DNA from: a virus
Strand: one strand, 5' to 3'
Length of the DNA: 64,000 bases
Virus record (IMG/VR): IMGVR_UViG_3300033984_000416
Coordinates: 1-64,000 of that record
Position 1 is the stretch's first letter, and every line of letters starts with the position of its first letter. The notes beneath the pieces are model-generated. The model saw only the letters and a list, made by a program, of their open reading frames with translations, had not been told where the DNA came from and did not search any database. Positions 33,934-44,100 of the stretch are shown here, in pieces. A program made the translations under genes and the position numbers.

Positions 33934-36609
33934 TTAACCTATAGCTTCTGCGTATTTTACATAAACTTCTCTAGTAAATGAACAACAGGTATAACCTATA
34001 ATACCACCATTGGCTTTTAGTTGGAAATAATTAATCATAGTTTGAAATTCGTTTGGTACTAGACCAAAAGTTGTAATTTTACAACCAAAACCAACTTCAC
34101 CAGTATATGGGTCAGTAATCCCACCTATAGCTTCAGTCCATACTGGTGGACAATTTGAACCATCAGTTGTTACCACTTTATTAATACCAGAACCATATAA
34201 TGTTGTAAAATCACAATAAGGGCTAGGATTAGGTGTATTTAAAGGTAACATTACTGGTTTATCTTTTAAAATCCAATTACACGATATCTCACACCCACAT
34301 TTATTTGTAAAACAACACACATAACCACTATTAACAACGTTTGTCCTAGGGTCATATACATCATAATAACTTGATTGTCCACGTAATGAAGCACAACACT
34401 CTTTATCTATAAATGGTCCAGTTAATAGAACTGGAACACCATTTACACTAAATAATGAACCATCTGGGTTGTATTGATATTGTGAAAATATATAATATCC
34501 ATGTTCTTTATCTTCTTTTACTGTATCACCTAATGTAGCACAAACTTTAGTTGGTGTTCCTTCAACTCTTTTAACACAAACGCTTAACACATCATCTTCA
34601 ACACCACATGGGCAGCCACAAGCCGATAGAACGTCTTTTGGCATATCATCTTTAGCGATGCTAGATGTTACAACAACACAGTTACTTAATTCACTTCCAT
34701 CAGTATTTGTTACTTCAACATAAGTAGCACCAGTATAGTCAGTTATCATACCTAAGTTGTAATTTGTAAATAGATTTGTAGCTCCAGTTACAATTGTTTC
34801 ACCAGTAATTGTTACGGCTGAAAAGTTAGGTATAAGTGTTTTGAATTGATTCATATATTTTGACCCACCATCATATGGTCCTACGTGAGGATTGTTACCA
34901 GTAAGGATGTCAACAACAGAGTTAGCACCACCAGTTTCTCTATACCATAAACCATCGTTTTGGAAATACATATCTGGATTGTCTGGGAAAACTCTAGGGT
35001 AACCATCGTCATCAATAGGGTATATCGTTAAATCGACATCTAAATTATTTAATTCTAAAGCCTTAATAAACAAATCTATATCGATTGGTGCGTCAACTCT
35101 ATAAATATACTCGTTGAAGGTGACCAATCCTTGTGGTGTTCCGATAAATCTAAGTAAAAACTCAATTGATTTTCTAGCACCTTTTGATTTCCAAATCCAA
35201 GGGGAATTTAGAATAAGTCTTCTCCATAATTCAATATCGGCTTCAACTGGTGTTAACCCAACACTTTGACCAGCATATGGTGATTTACCAGTTTTAATAT
35301 AGTTAGACAAAAGGTCGTTTTCCATTACGGAAGAAATAATATCCCAACCCAATACCTTGGCCAAATCTTTTAAATAGATATCTGGCATGTTGTCTAGCTT
35401 ATCATATGTAACTGTATGTGCAAACGCAATACCAACAATAAAATTATTGAAATCATCAAATGACCTACCGTATATTGTAAGTGTTTTGTTTACTTTTTGA
35501 CCAGAACTATCCATGTGCTCATCAGCTAAATGTACTGGCATGGTATCAAAAGAAGTTATTGATTCTGAAACCAAAAACCTATTCATCAAGTCACTAGAGT
35601 ATAAATCGTTGTTTGCTGCAATATCAAATAAATCTGTTGCATATGAAATGTATTGTCCGCTATCAAAATCAATGTTATAACCATCAGAAGTTGGCCATGT
35701 GATTGTTTTGGATATGTATAATATTATTCCGCTATCAGATTTTATTGGGAAGTTAAATTTAGCTGTGTAAAGCGGATAAGAACTTCTATTTAATAAATAA
35801 TATTCAAATTCTGGTAATTCATTAAAGAATTCTTCTTCGTATGTTTTATTCGGTTTAATATGATAAAGTATTGTAGATGGTTGTCCAGAAAATACATCAC
35901 CTTGTACATCAAAATATATGTAATCACTAGTCAAATAAGTTGAACCTGTGAAATTTAACACTGGATACTCTACGTTATTCAATAAAATTGAATATGCTGC
36001 GTAATTAATTGTCATATTTCTTAAATCATTTGTTTCATTGAATGTATCAGCGATTGTACCGTTTGTTAAATAATTTATACCAAATTTATTTTCAATAAAT
36101 GATGTGTTTATTTTAAAACTTGAAACATTGTTTATTGAATCGTATGAATATCCTTCATATGTTAAACCATTAATCATTTGACCAGTGCTAGACATAGAAA
36201 TTGGTCTAATATACAGTGATGCTGGCCATTTTGTTATTATATCTTCTAAAGATACTCTAACAAATTCAGTCAAAGAACCGAATAATGCATAGTATTTTAA
36301 CTTGGTTTTATCCAAGTTAAGAAGTACCCCAGCATTGTCGGTTAATAACTTTTTAGTTTGTTCAAATGTTAAATTTAAACTATCTAAAGATATAAAGTCT
36401 GAAAACCTACTAGTAACATACGTTTTATCAGTTTTAGGTTCCATATTGGTAGTAATAGAAAAATTACCCATTGTAAACAAAGGGGTACCGCCATCACTAG
36501 CTAATTGTACACCAACTAAGTCTGGACTAAACGGTCTATATTCTATCTTGCCATTGTAAACTTCTTTTTTAGTATACCCAGCAACTACTCTAACTTTATT
36601 ATTACTCAT
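33934..36609 (-). CDS. baseplate wedge-like protein (P2 gpI/T4 gp7-like) with Cys-rich C-terminus
   Basis: YLKDLAKVLGW and WRRLILNSPWIWKSKGARKSIEFLLRFIG resemble the wedge motif KGT..I..LL...G. Confidence 0.6.
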   Translation of the reverse strand: MSNNKVRVVAGYTKKEVYNGKIEYRPFSPDLVGVQLASDGGTPLFTMGNFSITTNMEPKTDKTYVTSRFSDFISLDSLNLTFEQTKKLLTDNAGVLLNLDKTKLKYYALFGSLTEFVRVSLEDIITKWPASLYIRPISMSSTGQMINGLTYEGYSYDSINNVSSFKINTSFIENKFGINYLTNGTIADTFNETNDLRNMTINYAAYSILLNNVEYPVLNFTGSTYLTSDYIYFDVQGDVFSGQPSTILYHIKPNKTYEEEFFNELPEFEYYLLNRSSYPLYTAKFNFPIKSDSGIILYISKTITWPTSDGYNIDFDSGQYISYATDLFDIAANNDLYSSDLMNRFLVSESITSFDTMPVHLADEHMDSSGQKVNKTLTIYGRSFDDFNNFIVGIAFAHTVTYDKLDNMPDIYLKDLAKVLGWDIISSVMENDLLSNYIKTGKSPYAGQSVGLTPVEADIELWRRLILNSPWIWKSKGARKSIEFLLRFIGTPQGLVTFNEYIYRVDAPIDIDLFIKALELNNLDVDLTIYPIDDDGYPRVFPDNPDMYFQNDGLWYRETGGANSVVDILTGNNPHVGPYDGGSKYMNQFKTLIPNFSAVTITGETIVTGATNLFTNYNLGMITDYTGATYVEVTNTDGSELSNCVVVTSSIAKDDMPKDVLSACGCPCGVEDDVLSVCVKRVEGTPTKVCATLGDTVKEDKEHGYYIFSQYQYNPDGSLFSVNGVPVLLTGPFIDKECCASLRGQSSYYDVYDPRTNVVNSGYVCCFTNKCGCEISCNWILKDKPVMLPLNTPNPSPYCDFTTLYGSGINKVVTTDGSNCPPVWTEAIGGITDPYTGEVGFGCKITTFGLVPNEFQTMINYFQLKANGGIIGYTCCSFTREVYVKYAEAIG

Positions 36610-36618
36610 TTTTTATAG

Positions 36619-37533
36619 TTATATCGTTGTTATATTGGTAAACGTTTTAGTAAAATCAATACTAGCTTTTTCTTCTCTAACTTCAAATAATGGTTTGTCA
36701 GTATACTTGTCTTTGATTTCGTATAAGTTGTATTGTTTGTAAATATCGTTATTGAAGTTGTAGATAGTGTAAATACCATCTTCAAGTGATTTAGTTTGAT
36801 TACCAAACAACGCAAAAGCAAGCGTTTCAACATCATGTTGAACCATTTCTACTTCGAGCATGATTGGGTTAAAGTAAGTATTCGTAATAATTACTTCTTG
36901 ATTTGGTTGACCGATAAATGGTAGTGCATTAGGTTTTACATTAGAAGCACTCGCTGGTGAAACTGTACAATAAGTTAGTGTTGAATTGTCATTAAATCTA
37001 TAACGAATCGCTTTTTGATTAGAATTTGTAAGATTTTGATTAACTGGTTCAGCTCTATTATTTGATGTTATGACTCTAAAAAAATTATGTAATTTAGGGT
37101 CAGATGTTCCGCTAGGATTTGGGTTTAAATACTCAATTCTGTAACCTACCAAACCATCATTCTCAAATTTACTTAAATATTTTGCGTCTATAGTTGATAA
37201 GTCAAATATTACACCTTTAATATCTGGAAAAGCCGACAAAACACCAACGTCAACAATCCTTGTTCTAATTTCGGCTGGTTTAATCATGATAGTATAAAAA
37301 CCTTTGGTACCAAAGGTTGCTACTGGTAATTTTAGAGTGTATAACCCACCAAAAATCTCAAGACCACCCCCGTTTGGGTTTACCGTTTGTATCAAATATT
37401 GTGATGGTGGGTCTAACTTAATTAACCCTGTGCTACCTATACTATCTCTAGATGGTGTAAAATGATAGAAAATCTCTACGTCTTCTGGTGTTATATCTGC
37501 TGGTCTTACAATACCGTATGTTCCTGTTGCCAT
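36619..37533 (-). CDS. putative virion structural protein
   Basis: 304-aa beta-rich ORF in the baseplate block. Confidence 0.6.
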   Translation of the reverse strand: MATGTYGIVRPADITPEDVEIFYHFTPSRDSIGSTGLIKLDPPSQYLIQTVNPNGGGLEIFGGLYTLKLPVATFGTKGFYTIMIKPAEIRTRIVDVGVLSAFPDIKGVIFDLSTIDAKYLSKFENDGLVGYRIEYLNPNPSGTSDPKLHNFFRVITSNNRAEPVNQNLTNSNQKAIRYRFNDNSTLTYCTVSPASASNVKPNALPFIGQPNQEVIITNTYFNPIMLEVEMVQHDVETLAFALFGNQTKSLEDGIYTIYNFNNDIYKQYNLYEIKDKYTDKPLFEVREEKASIDFTKTFTNITTI

Positions 37534-37581
37534 AATTTGTTTTTTTATTTAATATAATCTTTTTTTTTGAAAAGTATAACT

Positions 37582-38478
37582 TTATTGTTTATTTATATTG
37601 TAACAACCGTTACCATATCTACTTAGTTCACCTAAATTCTTTATTTCCGACATTCTTAAGTGTAAATCCAATACTGTTGTCACACCTCTATCAATAAATA
37701 CATCGCTTTCAACTTCTGGTGGAGAAATAATTCCAAATAAATATTCTTCTTTGGTTAATGCTGATAATGATACGTTTGTAGCGTTCAAACCTTCACCTAT
37801 AAACCTAAAGGTTGTCAAAGGAATTGTTTGTTTTATCTCGTCAATAACTACTTCTCTAGTTTTACCTGTGTAGTCTAAATATTGTAATCCGTATATTTGA
37901 TTATTCGTACCTAAATTAACATCATCTTTAGTGTCAAACACATAAATTCTAGGTTCAACAGATGTAATTATCTTATCAACCCCAACAAATCCATATGAAA
38001 CATAATTTTCATAGTATTGTTCAGACGTATTAAAATTAAACCTAAATGGATTACCTAAAGCATAAGACCTTACATCTTCAATTTTACTATCAGTTGCACC
38101 AGTAATAGGAAAATTACCAAAAGCATGGTAACTAGTACCAGTTAATCCTGGTAATCTTAACGTATATTTCGTGACAGGTGTAATGCTGGCAAATGGAAGA
38201 TATGGAACCGTAGGTGAACCATTCATAAATGTAAAACCAGAAAATGTATTACCTAAAGCATTTAATTTAGTTATTAATGGACTATAATTAACGGTTGCGT
38301 TTGTTGCTTTTGGAACATAATTTAAATCGGTAAATAACCCCATATCGTCTATATTTTGTGTTAACAAAACATTTACATAGAAACTAGTTCCACTAGGAAC
38401 TTCACCCCATAGTTTAATATCGGTAGTTTTTCTATCGGCACTGTCTTCTAATAATATTTTTCTTTTAATTACTTCCAT
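37582..38478 (-). CDS. putative virion structural protein
   Basis: 298-aa ORF, translationally coupled. Confidence 0.6.
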   Translation of the reverse strand: MEVIKRKILLEDSADRKTTDIKLWGEVPSGTSFYVNVLLTQNIDDMGLFTDLNYVPKATNATVNYSPLITKLNALGNTFSGFTFMNGSPTVPYLPFASITPVTKYTLRLPGLTGTSYHAFGNFPITGATDSKIEDVRSYALGNPFRFNFNTSEQYYENYVSYGFVGVDKIITSVEPRIYVFDTKDDVNLGTNNQIYGLQYLDYTGKTREVVIDEIKQTIPLTTFRFIGEGLNATNVSLSALTKEEYLFGIISPPEVESDVFIDRGVTTVLDLHLRMSEIKNLGELSRYGNGCYNINKQ

Positions 38479-39347
38479 TATGTTGATTTTATTTGATATA
38501 GTTTTACGACAGCTGTATTTGAAGCACTTGAAACATTATTAGGTCCAGTGATTACATTTCCAAGTGGTCCCACATTTCCTTGATATTGCTCATCAATTTG
38601 ATAGAAATACCCTGTTGTTGTTCTTAGTAATTTATACCTAGTGTATAATTCATGGACCAATTTATCAATTGATTGTGCTGTATTCTTTACCATTAAATTT
38701 ACATTTCTACCCGTTTTAGCATTTTTAAAACTAGCTCTCATATATAAATACTTAGATTCATCAATTTTTAACTCATCTTTGTAGTCATACAAATGAAATC
38801 CTTCAGCAAACCCTCTAGGGTTTAGGATAGGATTTTCAACTATAAAATTTACTGGAATTTCAACTGCTGGTTTTGGTTGACCTGGTATTCCATTGGTAAC
38901 GTTTATAGATAAAAAATCGTTGCTATTCAAATTAGAGTATAACGTTAAATAAGATACCAATTTTTGCGTCAAAGGATTATCACTATCATAAAAATTTAAC
39001 GTAAGACTAGTCTCTAAAAAACTATTTTTTCTAAATTTAATATCATCATCTAAAAAACCAACGTCACCATAAAAATCAACATATGTTCCACTAGTGTTGA
39101 ATAGTTTTATATCGTAAATTATTTTATCAATATTAACACCTAACATATCTAACGGTAAAAATCTTACCCTATCATTATCAACAATTGGATTTATAGAAGC
39201 CTCAACTTCTGTATCAACGAAAACACGCTCAATCAATTCAGCTTGGTCTACATTTTGGAAGTCCATACTAACTGGAAATGTGATAGTAGTAGCTGTTGCA
39301 CCGCTACTAAATGTTGATAGGTTTATTTTAAAATTATTAACAAACAT
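38478..39347 (-). CDS. putative virion structural protein
   Basis: 289-aa ORF, translationally coupled. Confidence 0.6.
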   Translation of the reverse strand: MFVNNFKINLSTFSSGATATTITFPVSMDFQNVDQAELIERVFVDTEVEASINPIVDNDRVRFLPLDMLGVNIDKIIYDIKLFNTSGTYVDFYGDVGFLDDDIKFRKNSFLETSLTLNFYDSDNPLTQKLVSYLTLYSNLNSNDFLSINVTNGIPGQPKPAVEIPVNFIVENPILNPRGFAEGFHLYDYKDELKIDESKYLYMRASFKNAKTGRNVNLMVKNTAQSIDKLVHELYTRYKLLRTTTGYFYQIDEQYQGNVGPLGNVITGPNNVSSASNTAVVKLYQIKST

Positions 39348-41154
39348 CTGAGTCTACTGAATTAACTATGAATTTATCCGTTATACGGTCACCTACTGGG
39401 TCAGATGGGAAGTCTCCATAATATAACCCCCATACGGCAAATTGGTCTTGTCTTCTAACATGAAAACAATAATTTTGATACATGTAATGTGCTCCATTTA
39501 AAAATGGATAATTTAATGGTTTTTCATCTGTTTCATTAAAACCTATATCTATTAAATCACGCCATAAATATCTATCATCACCCAAATTTATAGCATAGCT
39601 AGGTGTATCGACTGTATTGATATCACCTTCTTCAATGTAATTTGAAAATCTTCTAATTTCTATTCTATGGTGTGGTTGATAAAAATACCCTTCATGTCTT
39701 GGGCCTAAATCTGTTACCTTGGTCTCTGGTTGTGTTGCGTTTAATACTACGTTGCTTATATATGTAAACCCAGGTGCTTGTATTTCTCTGTTTTTAGTGT
39801 TAAACCTGTGGGAAACGCTAGCTAGTGTTGTTTCTTTTAGTTCGCTAATACTATATTCAACCAAATCACCATAAAAATCATTATTACCAACCAAAACGTT
39901 TGTTTCTAATGCGTTATGTGATGGAAAAGGTTGTGGGAAAGGTGATGTTCCACCATTATGAATTTTATTTATACAAGGTATGTCTTTCAAGTACGTATTT
40001 ATATCGCTAGAGTTTAGTCTAGCAATATATGGTGTTTCTATTCCAGAAGAAATATTTGTAAATAACCCGTTACTATCAGTTTTTATCATACTAACATAAA
40101 TCTCACTCAATGGTCGACCTAAATTATCGATTAAATCTGTAACATCAATATCCTCGTTAAAAACAAATTGCACAATCTGGTCATTAAAAAAATTCTCACT
40201 AAAACCAGCTTGATATGTTTCATAATCATCAGTTTCTATCACTGCTGTCATTCTTGTTTTTATTTTTTTAAATTTTCTGAAATAATATTCTGTTTCAAAA
40301 CCACTTACTATTTTTTTCATTCTAGAATTGTTACCAACTGGCCCTAAATTTGTGGAATCAATAACAAAATAATAATCTTTTAAATCACCATTATCTAACC
40401 CTGTTCTAATAACAGTGTGGTCACCGTCATAAACTGTTGTACCAACAATTCTAACAGTATCACCAACAACCAAATTATGTAAACATGGCATGCCAAATGC
40501 CACCATATTTCTAGTTGCAACTACTACATTAACCACTTCAACTATTAACAAACCACTACCGTTTGTTGTGTCATAAACCATACCATGTGTTTTATCCGAG
40601 AAATATGGGTATGTTATTGTTATCTCCCAATTTTTTACTGGTTGTTGACCCGTAGAACCATGAAACGGTTTTGTATCTGGTAAAAAAGAAAATCTTTGTC
40701 TTTTAGGTTCCATATCAAAATAATTACACAGCGATGATGCTGTTATGTTTGGGTCATAATATCCAAACCAACCATCTTTTTCTTTAAGGTATTTGTTGAT
40801 ACCTTGTCTATAAGTCAAATCACCATCATCTAATACATCACCATCTTGGGGATACGAAGAATCTAAAAAGTCATACGAATTAAACCCAGCCCATGTATAT
40901 TTGTCAAATAATAAAGAATCGTTTAGATTAAACAATGTATTACTAACCAATGGATTTATAGTTCCAATTATTCTATAGAATTTACAACGTTGTCTTTCTG
41001 TGTTAAATCTTTCCGCAACGTTAACTATTTTATTAATTTCATTTGTAGGTAATAATCGCTCACTACTCTCAACATTAATTTTAACTAACGTATCGGTATT
41101 AACTGATTTCTTTGATTTTTCACTATTTAATCTTTGTTGTATTCTATCTGACAT
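39337..41154 (-). CDS. putative baseplate structural protein
   Basis: 605-aa ORF in the structural operon. Confidence 0.6.
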   Translation of the reverse strand: MSDRIQQRLNSEKSKKSVNTDTLVKINVESSERLLPTNEINKIVNVAERFNTERQRCKFYRIIGTINPLVSNTLFNLNDSLLFDKYTWAGFNSYDFLDSSYPQDGDVLDDGDLTYRQGINKYLKEKDGWFGYYDPNITASSLCNYFDMEPKRQRFSFLPDTKPFHGSTGQQPVKNWEITITYPYFSDKTHGMVYDTTNGSGLLIVEVVNVVVATRNMVAFGMPCLHNLVVGDTVRIVGTTVYDGDHTVIRTGLDNGDLKDYYFVIDSTNLGPVGNNSRMKKIVSGFETEYYFRKFKKIKTRMTAVIETDDYETYQAGFSENFFNDQIVQFVFNEDIDVTDLIDNLGRPLSEIYVSMIKTDSNGLFTNISSGIETPYIARLNSSDINTYLKDIPCINKIHNGGTSPFPQPFPSHNALETNVLVGNNDFYGDLVEYSISELKETTLASVSHRFNTKNREIQAPGFTYISNVVLNATQPETKVTDLGPRHEGYFYQPHHRIEIRRFSNYIEEGDINTVDTPSYAINLGDDRYLWRDLIDIGFNETDEKPLNYPFLNGAHYMYQNYCFHVRRQDQFAVWGLYYGDFPSDPVGDRITDKFIVNSVDSDVC

Positions 41155-41171
41155 ATTTTTATTTTTTTATT

Positions 41172-44100
41172 TTATACTATAATTTTACAACCAGTACTAT
41201 CAGTTACTACAGTAGTAATCACTTGAGTACTTGGTACTTCATATTGTGTTAACACAGTACCATCGTATACGTTATAAGGTGTTGACGAATAAGGTTGAAC
41301 CCCACCAAATACACTTAACCTCTTAATCACATTGGTAGATGGTGCTGGGGCTGGTATATTACCCCATTGACCTGTTAGTGTTGTAACTGGTAACACTATG
41401 TTTGGAATTGTTAAATTTGGATAAACAACTGGTAATGTTGGGTTTGGTGGTGGTAGTTGTGCTGGATTTGGATAACTAAAATAGACATACCCATCAATTA
41501 TATTGTATGGTTTTCTATAAGTAATTTCGATATATACTGAACATGAATAAGCTGGTGCACCACCAACTTGCGGCACTGTAAGTGTTACTGGTTTTAAGTT
41601 TTCTAGTAAAGTAAATTTAACCACAGTAGGGGTTGTTGTTGTTACACTTACAGTTCCAGCTTGATTCCAACCAGTTACCCATATGGTTGAGCGATAACCG
41701 TCAGCACCATTGTAACCACCTCTATAGTGAGTAGTATCATCTGTTGAATAGTTTTGCAAGTCATTAATATTAAAGCTAAAAGTAACTTGATTTGCTACAC
41801 ATTGTTTTGAATTATCAACACCATTAACGTTAATCCTTAAATCACCTTGTGGTAATATTATATCTGTTTTTTCATAAGTAATTTCGTTACTAAAACATGT
41901 ACCCATTGGGTTAGAAATACGAATAGTTATATTTTCACTTACACTCTCTGCTGGTACCAATAATATTAATGGTAATGTTGAGTTAACAAACGTAAGAGTT
42001 TGTGAAAGCCAAATCAGTTCACCAGTAGCATCTTCTGCATCATCAATATTATATTCTACACGTGTTGTTGGTGAATAACCACCATATGTTATATAAAATG
42101 GAAGGCGGTAATTGTTTGGGTCACCACCAGCTGCAATACTAGGATTAGCGTCTTGAACTTCAGTATCTGTAGGTTTAAGAATAACCATATAAGGGTTCAA
42201 TGATAATACCGTACTAACAACAGATATTGGTACACCGTTATTTGCATCTACAACACTACTAATATATGTAGCAGCAGAAAGACCAGTTATATTAGTCCCT
42301 TCTTCGTAAAAATTATTAGCACCAATAGTTGAAGCCGAGTATGGTGGTAGACCACCATTTATTGTAAGTAATATACCACCATTATCAGCACCAAAACATG
42401 TTAAATTAGTAGTTGTACTAACCACAGTCAATGCAGTTGGCCCAGTTACTAATAAATTAGTAACCGAAACTTGTGCACCAAGTGTATCGGTAACCGTTAA
42501 TGTATAACCATTAGTGTTAGGGTCGAACACGCTAATACCAATATCAATAGGTAAACCTGTAATGATTTGTGGTGTTGTTAAGTTAGTTATTGGTGGTGTA
42601 CCTGTTGGTGATACTACAATACCTTGACTATTAAATAATTGATATTCATATGTACCAGCACCATTACCACCACCAGCTGAACTAATAGTTATTTCACCAT
42701 TAGACGAAAGAAGGCTGGTACAATTCTCACTAACATAAGCATTTGCAAATAAAGGTCCTGGTGGTAAAATTTGAATTGTTTGCATTACAAAAGTACCATC
42801 TGAACTAGTGATTTCAATTGTGAAAGTTCCAACTGGTAAGCCAGTTATAATACCTTGACTAATACCGTTACTAGTGATAATCTGACCAGAATCTGTAAAA
42901 CCATCTGGTCCACTAATAATATAATTAAACGGACCAACACCAGCTGTAATTGTTACAGTTACGGTAGCCGTTAAATTTGAAGATGTAATTGGAATTATTG
43001 ATATCGATACATTAAATTCTACTACCGATTTTGGTATACATGTCGTAAAGAATTTTTGATTCAATTTATCTAAACCTGTTTTACCAGGAAGTATCCCAAA
43101 ATAAAAGAAATAAGAATGTTTTGGTTGTGAAAAGGCTGTAGCACCATTTGCTGCGTAACCTCTAAAATCAACATAGTCTTGACCGTTAGTGAACACAGTT
43201 GGTTTACATGGTGATGGTGTTGTACCACCACCAGCAAAATCGTAAACACCACAATCACCTAAGTTAAAGTTAGTTGTATATGGGTAATTTAATGTCCATG
43301 TATTGGCAGATATATTTAAGCCATAGAAAACATCTCTAAACCATTTTGGTCTATCACCATCATCTATATCTAAATCTGCTAACCCGATAATACCGTTAGC
43401 TGATGGTCCAAGTGGTGCTCTATTTTCATCTAACTCCACACCAAATTCACACTGATGTCTAATGTTAAGACATTGTCTATTATCAACGTGTAACCCCAAA
43501 CAATCTATATCAAAAAATATACCTATTGTTGAACCACCTATTCCGCATAAACCAGTTGTAAGCACAGTAGCTTGGTCATCAGCAACTTCTTGAATATCTG
43601 GGGCCATTTTGTATGTTGTTGGTATAAGGAATGGTTGTGTCTTTGGAACACCTTGCCAGTCACAACTAAAAACAGCACCTAAATTTATAATTTCAGTTGC
43701 AAATATTTTCTTTGAACCATCATGATTTGATGCCGCATAATAAAATTCAGAACCTATTTTTTTGATTAGACCTTCTCTTAATGATGATTTACGTGAATTA
43801 AATTGTGAATCTTTACCACCGCCATTATAACAAACGTCAACTAGGCTATTTGCTCTACACGCATTATCTGAATTACCGTCATTGTTTCCGTCTACACCAC
43901 CTTGGATTATCCCAAAGTCTGGTCCACAGTCATATTCACAAAATTTCTCAATTTTTTTTCTTTTTTTCTTATATTTTAACAAAAACCCATACAAAGAACC
44001 ATTAACCCAATCATTGTAGAAATCGAATTGAAATAAGTTCATAGATTTTGCCATTTCAAAAGCAATACAGTCATCTAAACCAACTAAACTAAAAATACCG

